A stretch of DNA of 63,867 nucleotides, the filler included. It is 5 parts of 5 records of this genome, joined end to end, with 100 filler letters (N's around TTAATTAATTAA, not from the genome) between each part and the next. Parts side by side here need not be neighbours in the genome. Positions count along the whole stretch, not along the records: positions 16,497 to 29,517 come from SRR20825006_818; 4 more parts are not named here. One strand, given 5' to 3'. The translations under genes and the position numbers were made by a program. Below are positions 18,683 to 29,095 of this stretch, one piece after another. Under the pieces are notes generated by a model. That model did not search any database. It worked only from the letters and a program-made list of their open reading frames with translations, and was not told the origin of the DNA. Every line of letters starts with the position of its first letter. Position 1 is the first letter of the stretch.

Positions 18683-21600
18683 ATGACCGGATCTAAGCTG
18701 ATAGAGCCAAAAAGCACCAGTAATGCCGCAGCGCCAGACGCTGAAAACCGTGCCCGGTTGCTGCAAATCGCAGAACGGTTGGCAAAGCTTGGATACTGGC
18801 GTCTGGATCTCACAAGCAATACTGTCTTCTGGTCAGAGTTTGTTTATCTGTTGCACGGGCTGGAACCTGAATCGGGAGCCCCGGATCTGGAAGCAGCCCT
18901 GAATTCGTATCTTCCTGAAGACAGGCCAAAGGTCAGCAGGGCAATCGAAAACTGTGTGGCGGCGGCAGAGCCTTTCGAGTTTTCCTTGCGAATCCTGCGC
19001 CCGGATGGCGCGGTCCGTAACGTGCGAGCATGTGGTCTCCCGGAATTGGATCAAAGCGGGAATGTCATTGCCGTTATCGGCATTTTTCAGGATGCGACAA
19101 GTCAAGAGGACATAGAAAAAACTCATAGAACAAATGAGTTGTTGCGTCAGACAATTGACGCTCTCGATGAGGCGGTCAGTATTTACGATCCTGATGATCG
19201 CTATGTGTATGCCAATCCGAAATACTTCGACTTGTTCCCCTATCTTAAGGAGATCGAGTGTCTTGAGGGGAAATCCTTTGAGGAGGTGCTGCGTATCAGC
19301 CTGCAGAATCGTGTCGTCGATAACCCTCTGGCCCTCAATGATCCGGAAGCTTACATCGCAGAGCGCCTGAGAGCGCGCAGGGTCGTTCGGGGGGAACTCG
19401 GGGACAGGCGTCACAAGAGCGGGCGCTGGTATGCTGCCCGGGAATTCCGGACGGATGTCGGCGCGCATATCACGATGCGCCGCGATGTTACGGAACAGCG
19501 CCTTGCCAGTCAGGAACTGGAGCAAACCAAGGAGCGGTATGAGCTTGCGGTAACAGCAGGGGGAATCGGCGTCTGGGAATATGACCGGGCCGCCGACATC
19601 TTCTACTGGTCCAATTTTGCCTTGAGTATCCTGACCGATGGCGCGGGATCGCAACCTGCCGGCATAGAGTCGCTCTTTGAATCGGTAATCCAGGAGGATG
19701 TAAGTCATTTCAAGGGCCAGTACTGGGCCTGTGTGACGCACCGGGCGGTAATGGATATAGAGATCCGGATGCGCGTTCCTGATGGTCAGATGAAATGGGT
19801 GCATTGGCGTGGCCGACCAATTGCGGATGATAAAGGTAAAATCGTCCGCATTGTGGGCTCGATCGTCGATGTGACGCGAAGAAAGCTCGACCAAGAGCGC
19901 ATCATCCGGAGTGAGGCTCGGCTGAGCGAGATCGCGAGAACTATTCCAGGTGTTCTTTGTCAATGGTCGCTCGGTGCTGACCGGGCTCCCCGTTTTTCTT
20001 ATCTCAGTCCGAAGGTGATGGAAATTTTCGGGTTCGAAGACGTGAGCCCAAATAGCGTTTCCACCAAATTTCTGCCGATCGCTGAAGATGAGGAAGCGGT
20101 TAAGACTGCCTTGGCGGCTTCTTTCCGGACTGGCGATGAGGTTCGCTTCGAGGCTCGCTACGAATTGCCCCGGCGTGGAATACGCTGGATCCGGAATATG
20201 TCGGAAGTCACGCGTGTTCTGGATGACCGGGTCGATTTCACCGGTGTCATGGTCGATGTCACGGAAATCAAGGAGGCCGAGAGCAAGATCCAGGAAAGCG
20301 AACGGCGTTTGGTGGACGCCATCGAGTCGATCAATGAGGCTTTCGCATATTTCGACAGCGGCGATTGTCTGATGATGTGCAACGAGACATACCGCAATCT
20401 GCGTCCAGCGATAGCGGATCGCATTGTACCCGGGTTGCGGTTTGAGACTTTCCTCGAACTCGTGGCGGAGTGCGATCAAATTCCGACGAATTATGGTGGC
20501 AGAGAGGAATGGGTTAAAGAGCGCCTCAAAATGCACCGCAATCCGCATTTTAAACCCGTCCAGCAGGTATGGCCGGACGGACGCGTTTATCTTGTCTCCG
20601 AACGCCTAACCAAGGAAGGCGGTACGGTTATCACTCTTACGGACATTTCCGACCTGAAACGCCGGGAGACAGCGCTTGAGGAGGCGCATGAGCGTTTATC
20701 AAACCAGCATGATGCGCTCGAAATACTGGCCGGGGATCTTGATAATGCACGTCGGGCCGCGGAAGCGGCGAATGAAGCTAAATCGCAATTCCTGGCGATG
20801 ATGAGCCACGAAATCCGAACGCCAATGACCGGGCTACTGGGAATGGTGCAGATGCTCCGTGAGGAGGATCTCAATACGCAGCAACGGGGCTATCTGGATG
20901 TCTTGGGGCAATGTGCCGATACATTGCTGAGCCTTTTGAACGACATTCTGGACCTGTCGAAAATCGAAGCCGGCCAGCTCACTCTGGAGAGCATAGAATT
21001 CGACCTGGAGAATGCCGCACAGGAGGTTGTCTCCTTGTTCAGCGGGAGTGCCTCGGACAAGGGCCTGCGACTTGTTTATGGCATGCCGGAGGCCGCTATT
21101 CGGGCCGTACGTGGCGATCCTTTGCGTTTCAAGCAGGTCCTCGCAAATTTGGTCAGTAACGCGATCAAATTTACCGCTGAAGGCGAAGTCTCCCTCTCGC
21201 TGGATGCTGTTTTAGACGGAGACAAGGTTATCGTTTCGGGCCGAGTCTCCGATACTGGCATCGGCATTCCCGGAGAGGCGATGCCCCGGCTGTTCAACAG
21301 GTTTGACCAGGTGGATACCTCGACCACGCGGAAGTTTGGCGGCAGTGGCCTCGGTCTCTCTATCTGTCAGAGACTTCTGACATCCATGGGAGGAAGCATT
21401 GAGGTGGTGTCGGCGCCGGGTGAGGGGAGCACATTCTCATTCTCCCTTGCGCTCGATGCCCTGCTCATAGAAGGCGCCCCTGTTCCCGTCGATGGGGCGC
21501 CAGATACGGGCCCAGATAAGGGCATGGAACACGTTCATAAGGTAGATCCGGAAAGCACGCCAAGCCTGCGGATCCTGATCGCAGAAGACAACGCCCTCAA

Positions 21601-21949
21601 TGCCGACCTGATCGCGATGATGCTCCAAAAATGGGGACATCAAGCGGACATTGCTCCGGATGGCAGAGTGGCGGTGAACAAGGCGGATAGCACGGAGTTC
21701 GACCTTATTCTGATGGATATGCAAATGCCGGAACTTGACGGCCCGGACGCAACGCGTGAAATCCGTTCCGGCCGCGGTCCGAACCGGGAGGCGGCAATTG
21801 TCGGTTTATCCGCCGATGCAATGCTTGAGCACCGGACGCGATACCTTGAGGCGGGGCTCACCGATTTCGAGACGAAACCTGTCGACTGGGACCGGCTCCG
21901 GGAGTTGATCGCGCGGCTTTACGAACGTGGCTTAATGCCCCATCGCTGA
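18683..21949 (+). CDS. Cytoplasmic multi-PAS hybrid sensor histidine kinase / receiver
   Basis: About five PAS/PAC units, H-box FLAMMSHEIRTPM, NLVSNAIKFT, DTGIGI, GGSGLGL, and receiver AEDN...LMDMQMP. No transmembrane segment seen. Confidence 0.95.
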   Translation: MTGSKLIEPKSTSNAAAPDAENRARLLQIAERLAKLGYWRLDLTSNTVFWSEFVYLLHGLEPESGAPDLEAALNSYLPEDRPKVSRAIENCVAAAEPFEFSLRILRPDGAVRNVRACGLPELDQSGNVIAVIGIFQDATSQEDIEKTHRTNELLRQTIDALDEAVSIYDPDDRYVYANPKYFDLFPYLKEIECLEGKSFEEVLRISLQNRVVDNPLALNDPEAYIAERLRARRVVRGELGDRRHKSGRWYAAREFRTDVGAHITMRRDVTEQRLASQELEQTKERYELAVTAGGIGVWEYDRAADIFYWSNFALSILTDGAGSQPAGIESLFESVIQEDVSHFKGQYWACVTHRAVMDIEIRMRVPDGQMKWVHWRGRPIADDKGKIVRIVGSIVDVTRRKLDQERIIRSEARLSEIARTIPGVLCQWSLGADRAPRFSYLSPKVMEIFGFEDVSPNSVSTKFLPIAEDEEAVKTALAASFRTGDEVRFEARYELPRRGIRWIRNMSEVTRVLDDRVDFTGVMVDVTEIKEAESKIQESERRLVDAIESINEAFAYFDSGDCLMMCNETYRNLRPAIADRIVPGLRFETFLELVAECDQIPTNYGGREEWVKERLKMHRNPHFKPVQQVWPDGRVYLVSERLTKEGGTVITLTDISDLKRRETALEEAHERLSNQHDALEILAGDLDNARRAAEAANEAKSQFLAMMSHEIRTPMTGLLGMVQMLREEDLNTQQRGYLDVLGQCADTLLSLLNDILDLSKIEAGQLTLESIEFDLENAAQEVVSLFSGSASDKGLRLVYGMPEAAIRAVRGDPLRFKQVLANLVSNAIKFTAEGEVSLSLDAVLDGDKVIVSGRVSDTGIGIPGEAMPRLFNRFDQVDTSTTRKFGGSGLGLSICQRLLTSMGGSIEVVSAPGEGSTFSFSLALDALLIEGAPVPVDGAPDTGPDKGMEHVHKVDPESTPSLRILIAEDNALNADLIAMMLQKWGHQADIAPDGRVAVNKADSTEFDLILMDMQMPELDGPDATREIRSGRGPNREAAIVGLSADAMLEHRTRYLEAGLTDFETKPVDWDRLRELIARLYERGLMPHR

Positions 21950-21985
21950 CACTCGTGACGAGGCCCTAGAATGCTGTTTTGCGGC

Positions 21986-22936
21986 CTATTCGTCCGTCGT
22001 ATTGCGCTGGTCGCGCTTCATTTCCTTCACGGAATATGCTGCTCCGGCGAAAATTACCAATGATCCTGTGATCGTCAGGAGGTCCAGAGATTCCTGGAAG
22101 AACATGATTCCGATCAGGCCGGCGAATATAAGGCGGCTATATTCCATGGGCTGCACGGCGGACGCTTCGCCGTGTTTGTAGGCCTGAATATTGGAGTATT
22201 GGGCCATGGACATCACTACGCCGGTCAACAGCATGGCGACAAACTCCATAACCGTCGGCACTTCCCAGTAGAGGTAGGCCGGGATTGCGAACGCGATGGC
22301 CAGTCCGAAGGATTGGTAGGTCATGATTGTCACCGGGCTTTCCGTTTTGGTCAGCACTCTGGTCAGAATCATGATGAAGGAAACGAAAACTGCAGAGATG
22401 ATCGCCAGGAAGGCGTAAAAATCGATTCCGTCAAAACTGGGATGCAAGACGATGAGGACACCAATGAATCCGAATATCGTGGGACCCCAGCGTTTGTGAT
22501 CGACGACTTCCTTCAGGATAAAGGCGGCCAGTAGCGTGATGAACAGCGTGCGGGCGAAGGAGATCGCGGTCGCATCGGCCAGTGACATGTGAATCACTGC
22601 CGTGAAGCCTGTAGCCATGGCGCAGACGGAGCAAAAGATTCGCGCTCCGTGAAGTGACAGCCGTTTTGTTTTGAAGGCGCCGGGGAAAGATTGAACGAGG
22701 CGTGGAGACAGAATCAGAATCACGCAGATCTGCCGGACGAAAAGGATTTCCCAGACGGGAATCCTTTGGCCGACATCCTTTATCGCCGCTGTCATAATCG
22801 TAAAAAGCAGCGAAGCGATGAGCAGCCAGCCACAGCCTTTCAGATTCTCTGGCACACGACTCCAGATTTGAGACGTCTTGCTCTGCACCTGTCGGGAGCC
22901 GATCAGGTCTTTCCAAGACTCTAAGCTTTCGGGCAT
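21986..22936 (-). CDS. DMT/EamA-family transporter
   Basis: About 10 hydrophobic helices in a duplicated EamA pattern (LKEVV..RW, FFQES). Confidence 0.9.
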   Translation of the reverse strand: MPESLESWKDLIGSRQVQSKTSQIWSRVPENLKGCGWLLIASLLFTIMTAAIKDVGQRIPVWEILFVRQICVILILSPRLVQSFPGAFKTKRLSLHGARIFCSVCAMATGFTAVIHMSLADATAISFARTLFITLLAAFILKEVVDHKRWGPTIFGFIGVLIVLHPSFDGIDFYAFLAIISAVFVSFIMILTRVLTKTESPVTIMTYQSFGLAIAFAIPAYLYWEVPTVMEFVAMLLTGVVMSMAQYSNIQAYKHGEASAVQPMEYSRLIFAGLIGIMFFQESLDLLTITGSLVIFAGAAYSVKEMKRDQRNTTDE

Positions 22937-23136
22937 GTGGTCTGCTTACATATTTCGTGACGACGCTATTCGTGGTGTATTTTTGGTTGTTGTCAATCGG
23001 TTTGTGGCGCAATCCCTGCTGATGAAAGTCTATTTGTTAATCATGTAACGCATCCCATAACGGCGGTCCCATATGCGGGAGAGTATGCTAATGATCGTCG
23101 ACTTTCCTATCCTCCGATTGAAATTCCGCGATTCTC

Positions 23137-24012
23137 ATGACTGAAAAAAATGTTGCAAAGGCGAGCATTGAGCCTTTGACCGGTGACTTTCTGGAAGCCC
23201 TTCAAGAGAAGGCTCAGATATTTGAAACGCCATGCGGTGACGGCCGTATGGTCTGGCGCAAATGGGGCGAGGGGCCCTGTGTCGTTCTGGTGCATGGCGG
23301 TTTCGGATCCTGGAACCACTGGTGCCGGAACATTCAGGCCCTGTCGCGTGAATTCACGGTGATTGCGCCGGATCTCCCTGGACTTGGCGACAGTAACAGG
23401 CCCGATGAGCCTAAAACGGCGGAGCATATTGGCGCGATTCTGGCCAAGGGACTGGATCAGGTTCTGCCGCCTGAAGCCGATTTTCATCTCGGATGTTTTT
23501 CTTTTGGTGCCGTCCCGGGGAGCGTGGCGGCAGTCCATCACGGGCGCCGTGTGCGCAGCTTCACCTTGATCGGTGCCGCCGGCTTTGGCCCGCGCGAGCG
23601 TCCGACGGACGGTCTGGTCAGAATTCTGCCGGAAATGGACGAGACTACGCGCCGGGCAACTGCCCGGAACAATCTTGAGGTTCTGATGTTTGCTGATCCC
23701 CGGAACGTGGACGATCTGGCAATCGACATTCAGCTCGCCAACACGGCGCGGGCACGGTTCCGGTCCCGGCCATTGTCACTGTCCGATACGGTGTTGCGGA
23801 ATTTGCCGCTGATAAACGCCAGACGGAACGCGATATGGGGAGCGGAAGATGTTACGGCCAAAGGTATGCTGGCTCCCCGGAATGCGGCTTTAAGAGAGGC
23901 CGATCCGGAGGCCGAAATTGTGCAGATGGACGGTATCGGGCACTGGGTTCAGTACGAGGCGCCTGAGGCCTTCAACAAATGCTACCTCGAGATGCTCAAG
24001 CGGGCAGTTTGA
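23137..24012 (+). CDS. Alpha/beta-fold hydrolase
   Basis: LVHGGFGSW, PDLPGLGDS, nucleophile elbow CFSFG, WGAED, GHWVQYE. Confidence 0.9.
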   Translation: MTEKNVAKASIEPLTGDFLEALQEKAQIFETPCGDGRMVWRKWGEGPCVVLVHGGFGSWNHWCRNIQALSREFTVIAPDLPGLGDSNRPDEPKTAEHIGAILAKGLDQVLPPEADFHLGCFSFGAVPGSVAAVHHGRRVRSFTLIGAAGFGPRERPTDGLVRILPEMDETTRRATARNNLEVLMFADPRNVDDLAIDIQLANTARARFRSRPLSLSDTVLRNLPLINARRNAIWGAEDVTAKGMLAPRNAALREADPEAEIVQMDGIGHWVQYEAPEAFNKCYLEMLKRAV

Positions 24013-24065
24013 GGGCTGACGATCCGGCGTGCAAAAGCCGGACGTAAAACAATGGAGGAAGCAAA

Positions 24066-25130
24066 ATGAAACTGGTTGTTCTACCCGGAGACGGCATAGG
24101 ACCTGAGATTGTCAGCGCTACGATGACGGTCCTCAAGGCGGCGGACGAGCGGTTCGGCCTTGGGCTGGAGCTGGAGGAGCATGCCATCGGCGAAGCGTCG
24201 CTTGCCAGCCATGGCTCGACCCTGCCTGAACCGATATTCGAAAGTGCATCGGCGGCGGACGGTGTCATTCTGGGACCGGTTTCAACCGCCACCTATCCGG
24301 CGCCATCCGAAGGCGGACTTAATCCGTCCGCGGAGTTCAGGCGACGACTTGATCTGTTCGCCAACATCCGGCCAAGCCGTTCGGTCGGAAACGACGCGGC
24401 ACTGGTCAAGGATATGGATCTGGTGATCGTGCGAGAGAATACCGAAGGGTTCTATGCCGTCCGCACCATGTTTGCCGGCGGCGGGGAGTTCATGCCGGAT
24501 AAGGATATGGCCCTCGCGGTCCGGAAGATCACGCGGCAAGGCGCGGAGCGGATTGGCCGGGCTGCTGCGGAGCTGGCGATGACCCGGCGCAAGAAACTGA
24601 CGATCGTGACCAAGTCGAATGTGTTGAAACTCAGCGACGGGCTTTTCTTTGAGGCAGTAACCGAGGGGGCGAGTGCCTTTCCGGAACTGGACGTAGAGGA
24701 GGTTCTGGTCGATGCCATGGCATCACATCTTGTCCGGAAGCCGGGGGCGTTCGATGTCATCGTTACTTCCAACATGTTTGGTGACATTCTCTCGAATGAA
24801 GCGGCCGAGCTGGCTGGCGGGCTGGGCTTCGCGGGCTCGCTTAACGCAGGGCTTCGGCACGCGGTCGCGCAGGCTGCGCATGGATCGGCGCCGGATATTG
24901 CAGGCAAGAACGTCGCTAATCCGAGTTCCGTTATGCTCTCGACCGGGATGCTGCTTGAATGGCTCGCGGACCGCAGTGACAGTAATGCATTGCGGGAAAG
25001 TGCCCGGGCGATCGAAAGATCCGTGATGATCTGCGTCGCGGATGCGGCCACGCGTACCAGGGATATCGGCGGCGCGCTGAGCACGGATGCCTTCGGAGAA
25101 GCTGTTGCCAGGCGGGTTGCCGAAGTTTGA
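24066..25130 (+). CDS. Isocitrate/isopropylmalate/tartrate-family decarboxylating dehydrogenase
   Basis: LPGDGIGPEI, LFANIRP, VRENTEGFY, NMFGDILS, AHGSAPDIAGK. Substrate not assignable. Confidence 0.92.
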   Translation: MKLVVLPGDGIGPEIVSATMTVLKAADERFGLGLELEEHAIGEASLASHGSTLPEPIFESASAADGVILGPVSTATYPAPSEGGLNPSAEFRRRLDLFANIRPSRSVGNDAALVKDMDLVIVRENTEGFYAVRTMFAGGGEFMPDKDMALAVRKITRQGAERIGRAAAELAMTRRKKLTIVTKSNVLKLSDGLFFEAVTEGASAFPELDVEEVLVDAMASHLVRKPGAFDVIVTSNMFGDILSNEAAELAGGLGFAGSLNAGLRHAVAQAAHGSAPDIAGKNVANPSSVMLSTGMLLEWLADRSDSNALRESARAIERSVMICVADAATRTRDIGGALSTDAFGEAVARRVAEV

Positions 25131-25158
25131 TAATTCAACGCGTATAAAGGAACGGACG

Positions 25159-25989
25159 ATGCGTACTCTGACATTTCCGGACGGCCGGTCCGTGCCGGCC
25201 CTGGGGCTCGGCACTTGGTATATGGGCGAAAGCGCCGGAGCTCATGACGGAGAGGTCAGGGCGTTGCAGACGGGTATCGACCTTGGCATGACCTTGATCG
25301 ATACGGCGGAAATGTACGCGAGCGGCGGGGCGGAAGAGGTCGTCGGCGATGCCATTCAGGGGCGCCGGGATCAGGTTTTCATCGTCTCCAAGGTCCTGCC
25401 CTACAATGCCAGCCGCAAGGGAACGATCAAGGCCTGCGAGGACAGCCTGCGCCGCCTCGGAACAGACCATATCGATCTCTATCTGCTGCACTGGCCTGGC
25501 TCACATCCGCTTGCTGAAACAGTCGAGGCTTTCGAGGCCTTGCGGGAGACAGGCAAGATCGGCGGATATGGCGTCAGTAATTTCGATGTTGCCGAAATGA
25601 AGGCGTGGGAAAAGGTTGCGGGGCCCGATCTCTGTCAGACTGACCAGATCCTCTATAATCTCTCCCGGCGCGGGATTGAATGGGATCTGGCTCCCTGGGC
25701 ACGGGAGCGAAAGATGCCTCTGATGGCATACTCGCCGCTTGAGCAGGGAAGGCTGAGAGATGGCGCGCTTGACGCCGTCGCTGCCAAGTACGGCACAACC
25801 GCGATGCAAGTCGCGTTGGCATGGGTTCTGCGGGATCCCGGAATTATCGCTATTCCAAAGGCATCGAACCCGGAACATGTTCACGCCAACAAAGCCGCCC
25901 TTGATCTGACTCTCGACGCGGAGGACTTGGAGTTGCTTGACCGTACCTTCCCGCCGCCGAGCGGAAAACAGGCTCTGGAGGTTCTGTAG
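25159..25989 (+). CDS. Aldo/keto reductase
   Basis: LGLGTW, IDTAEMY, VSK, DLYLLHWP, GVSNF, AYSPL, IPKAS. ATG 25159 follows AAGGAA. Confidence 0.95.
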   Translation: MRTLTFPDGRSVPALGLGTWYMGESAGAHDGEVRALQTGIDLGMTLIDTAEMYASGGAEEVVGDAIQGRRDQVFIVSKVLPYNASRKGTIKACEDSLRRLGTDHIDLYLLHWPGSHPLAETVEAFEALRETGKIGGYGVSNFDVAEMKAWEKVAGPDLCQTDQILYNLSRRGIEWDLAPWARERKMPLMAYSPLEQGRLRDGALDAVAAKYGTTAMQVALAWVLRDPGIIAIPKASNPEHVHANKAALDLTLDAEDLELLDRTFPPPSGKQALEVL

Positions 25990-26123
25990 AAGCTTGCCTC
26001 CCGCTCCGGGGGCTCTAATTAAAGCTTATGCGATGTTTGGCTTCGCATGTGGAAGGCGTTGTGAGGTTTCATGTGGCTGTTGCTGTGTGCATTCGGCCAT
26101 ATCGCGTTTCTTATAAAAAGAAC

Positions 26124-26165
26124 TTGGCAAAAATCAGACGAATCATCACAATATCAAGTATTGTG
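26124..26165 (+). promoter_or_regulatory. Putative sigma70 promoter with a GANTC site and an overlapping palindromic operator
   Basis: TTGGCA-N17-CACAAT, GAATC at 26140-26144 in the spacer, and the inverted repeat CACAATA-N5-TATTGTG at 26147-26165. Confidence 0.45.
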
Positions 26166-26197
26166 GCTTGAATACGCGACAACTTGGAGTACGGGCA

Positions 26198-26518
26198 ATG
26201 AGTGCCGTTGACAGCAAACATGTTGAGCGTAAGAGCCTTGAGATCCTCGCTGAAGCGGTCGATCGAACGGTCGGAACAGGCTATGTGCACGCAGCCATAG
26301 CCAAGGCAGCCAAGACCCTCGAGGTTAAGGAATACAATGCGGCAGATAAGGCATTTCGGATGCTGAACCCGCGCGAGACCCGGAAAGTCGAGAAAACCGC
26401 TCTTGAGAGCGCGTCGATTCTGGCCGAGCACGGTGAGTATTCAGATCCGACCGAGGATATGAAGCCAAACCCTGAATTCGGTGATATTCGGGCGCGCTCC
26501 GTCAAACTGGGATCCTGA
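26198..26518 (+). CDS. Hypothetical protein (106 aa)
   Basis: GGAG RBS before ATG 26198. Converges on the MFS gene. Confidence 0.7.
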   Translation: MSAVDSKHVERKSLEILAEAVDRTVGTGYVHAAIAKAAKTLEVKEYNAADKAFRMLNPRETRKVEKTALESASILAEHGEYSDPTEDMKPNPEFGDIRARSVKLGS

Positions 26519-26522
26519 CGCC

Positions 26523-27749
26523 TTACAGTTTTTTTCTGGCGCCTTTGGCTGCCAGCATAATTGTGCCGGTTCCAGCCAGGGCCAATATAGCGGTGACCAT
26601 GAAGCTGCCGCTGTAGGTGCCGACGAGTTGGTAGCCCAGCGTGAAGACGGCGGGTCCGACGATCACTCCTGAAAATGTAAAGAACAGCGCAGCGCCGGTC
26701 ATATTTCCGGCTTTTCCTTCCGGGCTGTGCTCAACGACTGCCGACGCGAACACGCCGTTCCAACCCATTGCCGTAAAACCAAAAATGAAGAACAGCAGGT
26801 AGACGATACCAACCGGCCATTCCGGTGCGACGAAAACCGTTGCCAGGGCGGATAGTGCCGTTAGAAGCGCGTTGATTATGAGCGCGGTAAACCCGCTCCG
26901 GATGCGGTCGGCCAGAACGCCCCATGCAATACGGCCGATCACGCCCGCAATCTGCACCGCTGTGAGTGCAAGTCCGGCTGCGACAAGGGTGTATCCTGTT
27001 TCTTCCACCAGAAAGGTCACGGCGAAGGCATTAAGGGAGAGCTGAATCGCGGCCAGGAACAGGCCGGTGAAGCACAGCCAGCGGATCGCGGGCAATTTCC
27101 AGGCGGCCTTGATATCAGCCAGTGGTGAACGGAACAGGGGAGCGGCGCGGGACCGGTCACTGTCCCAGCGTTTCCGGAAAAACTCCATGATGAACACCAT
27201 CACAACCGCCACGCCGATGGTTACATACATGCTTGACTGCCAATCGAGCGAAAGAGCGATGGCTGGCGCGAAGGTACTGGCGGCGATCCCGCCAAGAGGC
27301 ACGCCGGTAAAGCGGATGGAAAAGACGAGATTGCGGTTCTTCGGCGTAACCACCTTGGACATCAGATGGGCGGCGGGCGGATTAATCAGACCGTAGCCAA
27401 AGCCGATGATGAAGGAGCCAAGAGCCATCAGGGGCAGGGCACCGCTCGATATTATCAGGTGGGCGAGGGCAAAGAGTCCAAGGCTGACCTGAGAGACCCT
27501 CCAGGCACCGAGCCGGGCGACCAGCCCTCCGGCAAACAGACTGGTGATCATGCCGCCGAGATAGACCACGACCACCTGAAGACCAATGAGCGATGCGTCA
27601 ATGCCGAGCGCTGCGGCGGCTTCCGGCGCGATTGCCGGAAGCCAGAGCGAAGCCATCGATCCGATCAACTGAACCCAGATCATGAAGAAGACAACCGTCA
27701 CGGTATCGCGTAGCGGCGGGGGCGGCTGTGTCTCTATGTGATGTGCCAT
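26523..27749 (-). CDS. MFS transporter
   Basis: About 12 TM helices, with motif-A-like AGGLVARLGAWR and WGVLADRIRSG. Confidence 0.92.
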   Translation of the reverse strand: MAHHIETQPPPPLRDTVTVVFFMIWVQLIGSMASLWLPAIAPEAAAALGIDASLIGLQVVVVYLGGMITSLFAGGLVARLGAWRVSQVSLGLFALAHLIISSGALPLMALGSFIIGFGYGLINPPAAHLMSKVVTPKNRNLVFSIRFTGVPLGGIAASTFAPAIALSLDWQSSMYVTIGVAVVMVFIMEFFRKRWDSDRSRAAPLFRSPLADIKAAWKLPAIRWLCFTGLFLAAIQLSLNAFAVTFLVEETGYTLVAAGLALTAVQIAGVIGRIAWGVLADRIRSGFTALIINALLTALSALATVFVAPEWPVGIVYLLFFIFGFTAMGWNGVFASAVVEHSPEGKAGNMTGAALFFTFSGVIVGPAVFTLGYQLVGTYSGSFMVTAILALAGTGTIMLAAKGARKKL

Positions 27750-27764
27750 GCAGGCGTGTGTCCG

Positions 27765-28364
27765 TCAGCTTGGGTGCAATGCCTCATCGGGACCGAGCAC
27801 AGCGCTGCGGAAGGTGTTTTTCACGAACTTTCCATCGCGCGGCGGCATGATGGTGTCTCCGGTTGCCACATCGATCTTGATGACGGCAACGAGCGGGAAC
27901 CGGCCTTCTTTCAGGATGCTGACCAGTTCATCAAGCTCGGCCTCATCCCGGACAGTCATGGTGTTGGAGATGCCGGCGCCGGCTGCCATGGCCGCGAGAT
28001 CCGTGCCGCGCCCGGTCGGTGCGGCTTGCATGCCGGTTTCGCCGTAATGCTCATTGTCGAGCACGATAATCGCCAGATTCTTCGGTTGTTGCAGGGCAAT
28101 GGTCGAAAAGCTGCCGACCCCCATGAGCTGTTCGCCGTCGCCTGTCAGCACCCAGACGGTGCGATCAGGTTGTGCCAGGGCGAGACCGAGCCCGGTTGGA
28201 GCCGCGCCCCCCATGCCGCCCCAGATGTAGAAATTCTCCGGACGATGGTCGATGGCTGCAAGATCCCAGGTCGGGGAGCCGAGGCCGCTGATACACAGGG
28301 CATCACCACGTGCTGTTATTAGTTTTTTTACAACATCGCGGCGGAAGAGTTTGTTATTGCTCAT
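27765..28364 (-). CDS. ThDP-binding subunit, sulfopyruvate/phosphonopyruvate decarboxylase beta-like (ComE-like)
   Basis: GGMG and the ThDP motif GDGEQLMG...IVLDNEHYGETG. Paired with the upstream alpha-like gene. Confidence 0.8.
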   Translation of the reverse strand: MSNNKLFRRDVVKKLITARGDALCISGLGSPTWDLAAIDHRPENFYIWGGMGGAAPTGLGLALAQPDRTVWVLTGDGEQLMGVGSFSTIALQQPKNLAIIVLDNEHYGETGMQAAPTGRGTDLAAMAAGAGISNTMTVRDEAELDELVSILKEGRFPLVAVIKIDVATGDTIMPPRDGKFVKNTFRSAVLGPDEALHPS

Positions 28365-28367
28365 TAT

Positions 28368-28913
28368 TCAATCTCCTGCCGACTCTTGTGCGGCGGGTGC
28401 CGAGAAGGCTTTGGCACCGATCAGTTTTTGGCTGACCAGAACGGCAACAGCCTCGCCGCCATGGAAGGACATCATCAATCCGGCCTGAACGGCATCCGTC
28501 ATTTCTTCGGTGGTTTCCGCCCGAAGGCAGCGCATGCCAACCGCTTCAAGTACCTGCTCGACCGCGCGGCCCATGGGCATCTGCCAGGGATTGGACTCGC
28601 CATAATCGCCGCGCATGGTGACGATCATGAAAAGCGGGAAAGCGCAGGTTGTGGTCAATGACGCGATCATGTTGATCGTATTGCCCACACCGCTGCTCTG
28701 CATCATGACGGCGCATTTCTGCCCGCCGAGCCAGGCGCCGGCCGCAACGGCAATGCCTTCTTCTTCGGTCGTCAGCGGAACAGTCTGGATATCATTATCG
28801 GCGAGGCTCGCCTTGATAAGTCCGCTGAGACCCGCATCCGGAACATAAGCGACTTGCTTGATACCATGTTCCTTGAAGAGACCATGCGCCTTCGCGCTCC
28901 AGTCACTGCTCAT
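28368..28913 (-). CDS. Sulfopyruvate/phosphonopyruvate decarboxylase alpha-like subunit (ComD-like)
   Basis: YVPD, TEEEGIAVAAGAWLGG, MQSSGVGN, MRGDYGESNPWQ. Confidence 0.85.
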   Translation of the reverse strand: MSSDWSAKAHGLFKEHGIKQVAYVPDAGLSGLIKASLADNDIQTVPLTTEEEGIAVAAGAWLGGQKCAVMMQSSGVGNTINMIASLTTTCAFPLFMIVTMRGDYGESNPWQMPMGRAVEQVLEAVGMRCLRAETTEEMTDAVQAGLMMSFHGGEAVAVLVSQKLIGAKAFSAPAAQESAGD

Positions 28914-29095
28914 GAGTTTCCCGCCCGTTTATTGAGTTGCGACAACCTTGCCCGGCGCTGCGGCGGCTGTCCATCTGCGGGGGGAGGGTTATTCGGAACC
29001 AGTCCCGTTCCGCGATGTCCGTATTGCCAAGCAGTGCATTGTCTTGGTGCGGCGCCTGTCACATAGTCATCGCGGATAGAAACCGGGAATTCATC

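Noticed and set aside
18833-20548. 571-aa antisense ORF, and similar long antisense ORFs at 2095-3039 and 15121-16314
   Set aside because: They mirror real genes in GC-rich DNA, where codon bias suppresses antisense stops; no family motifs.
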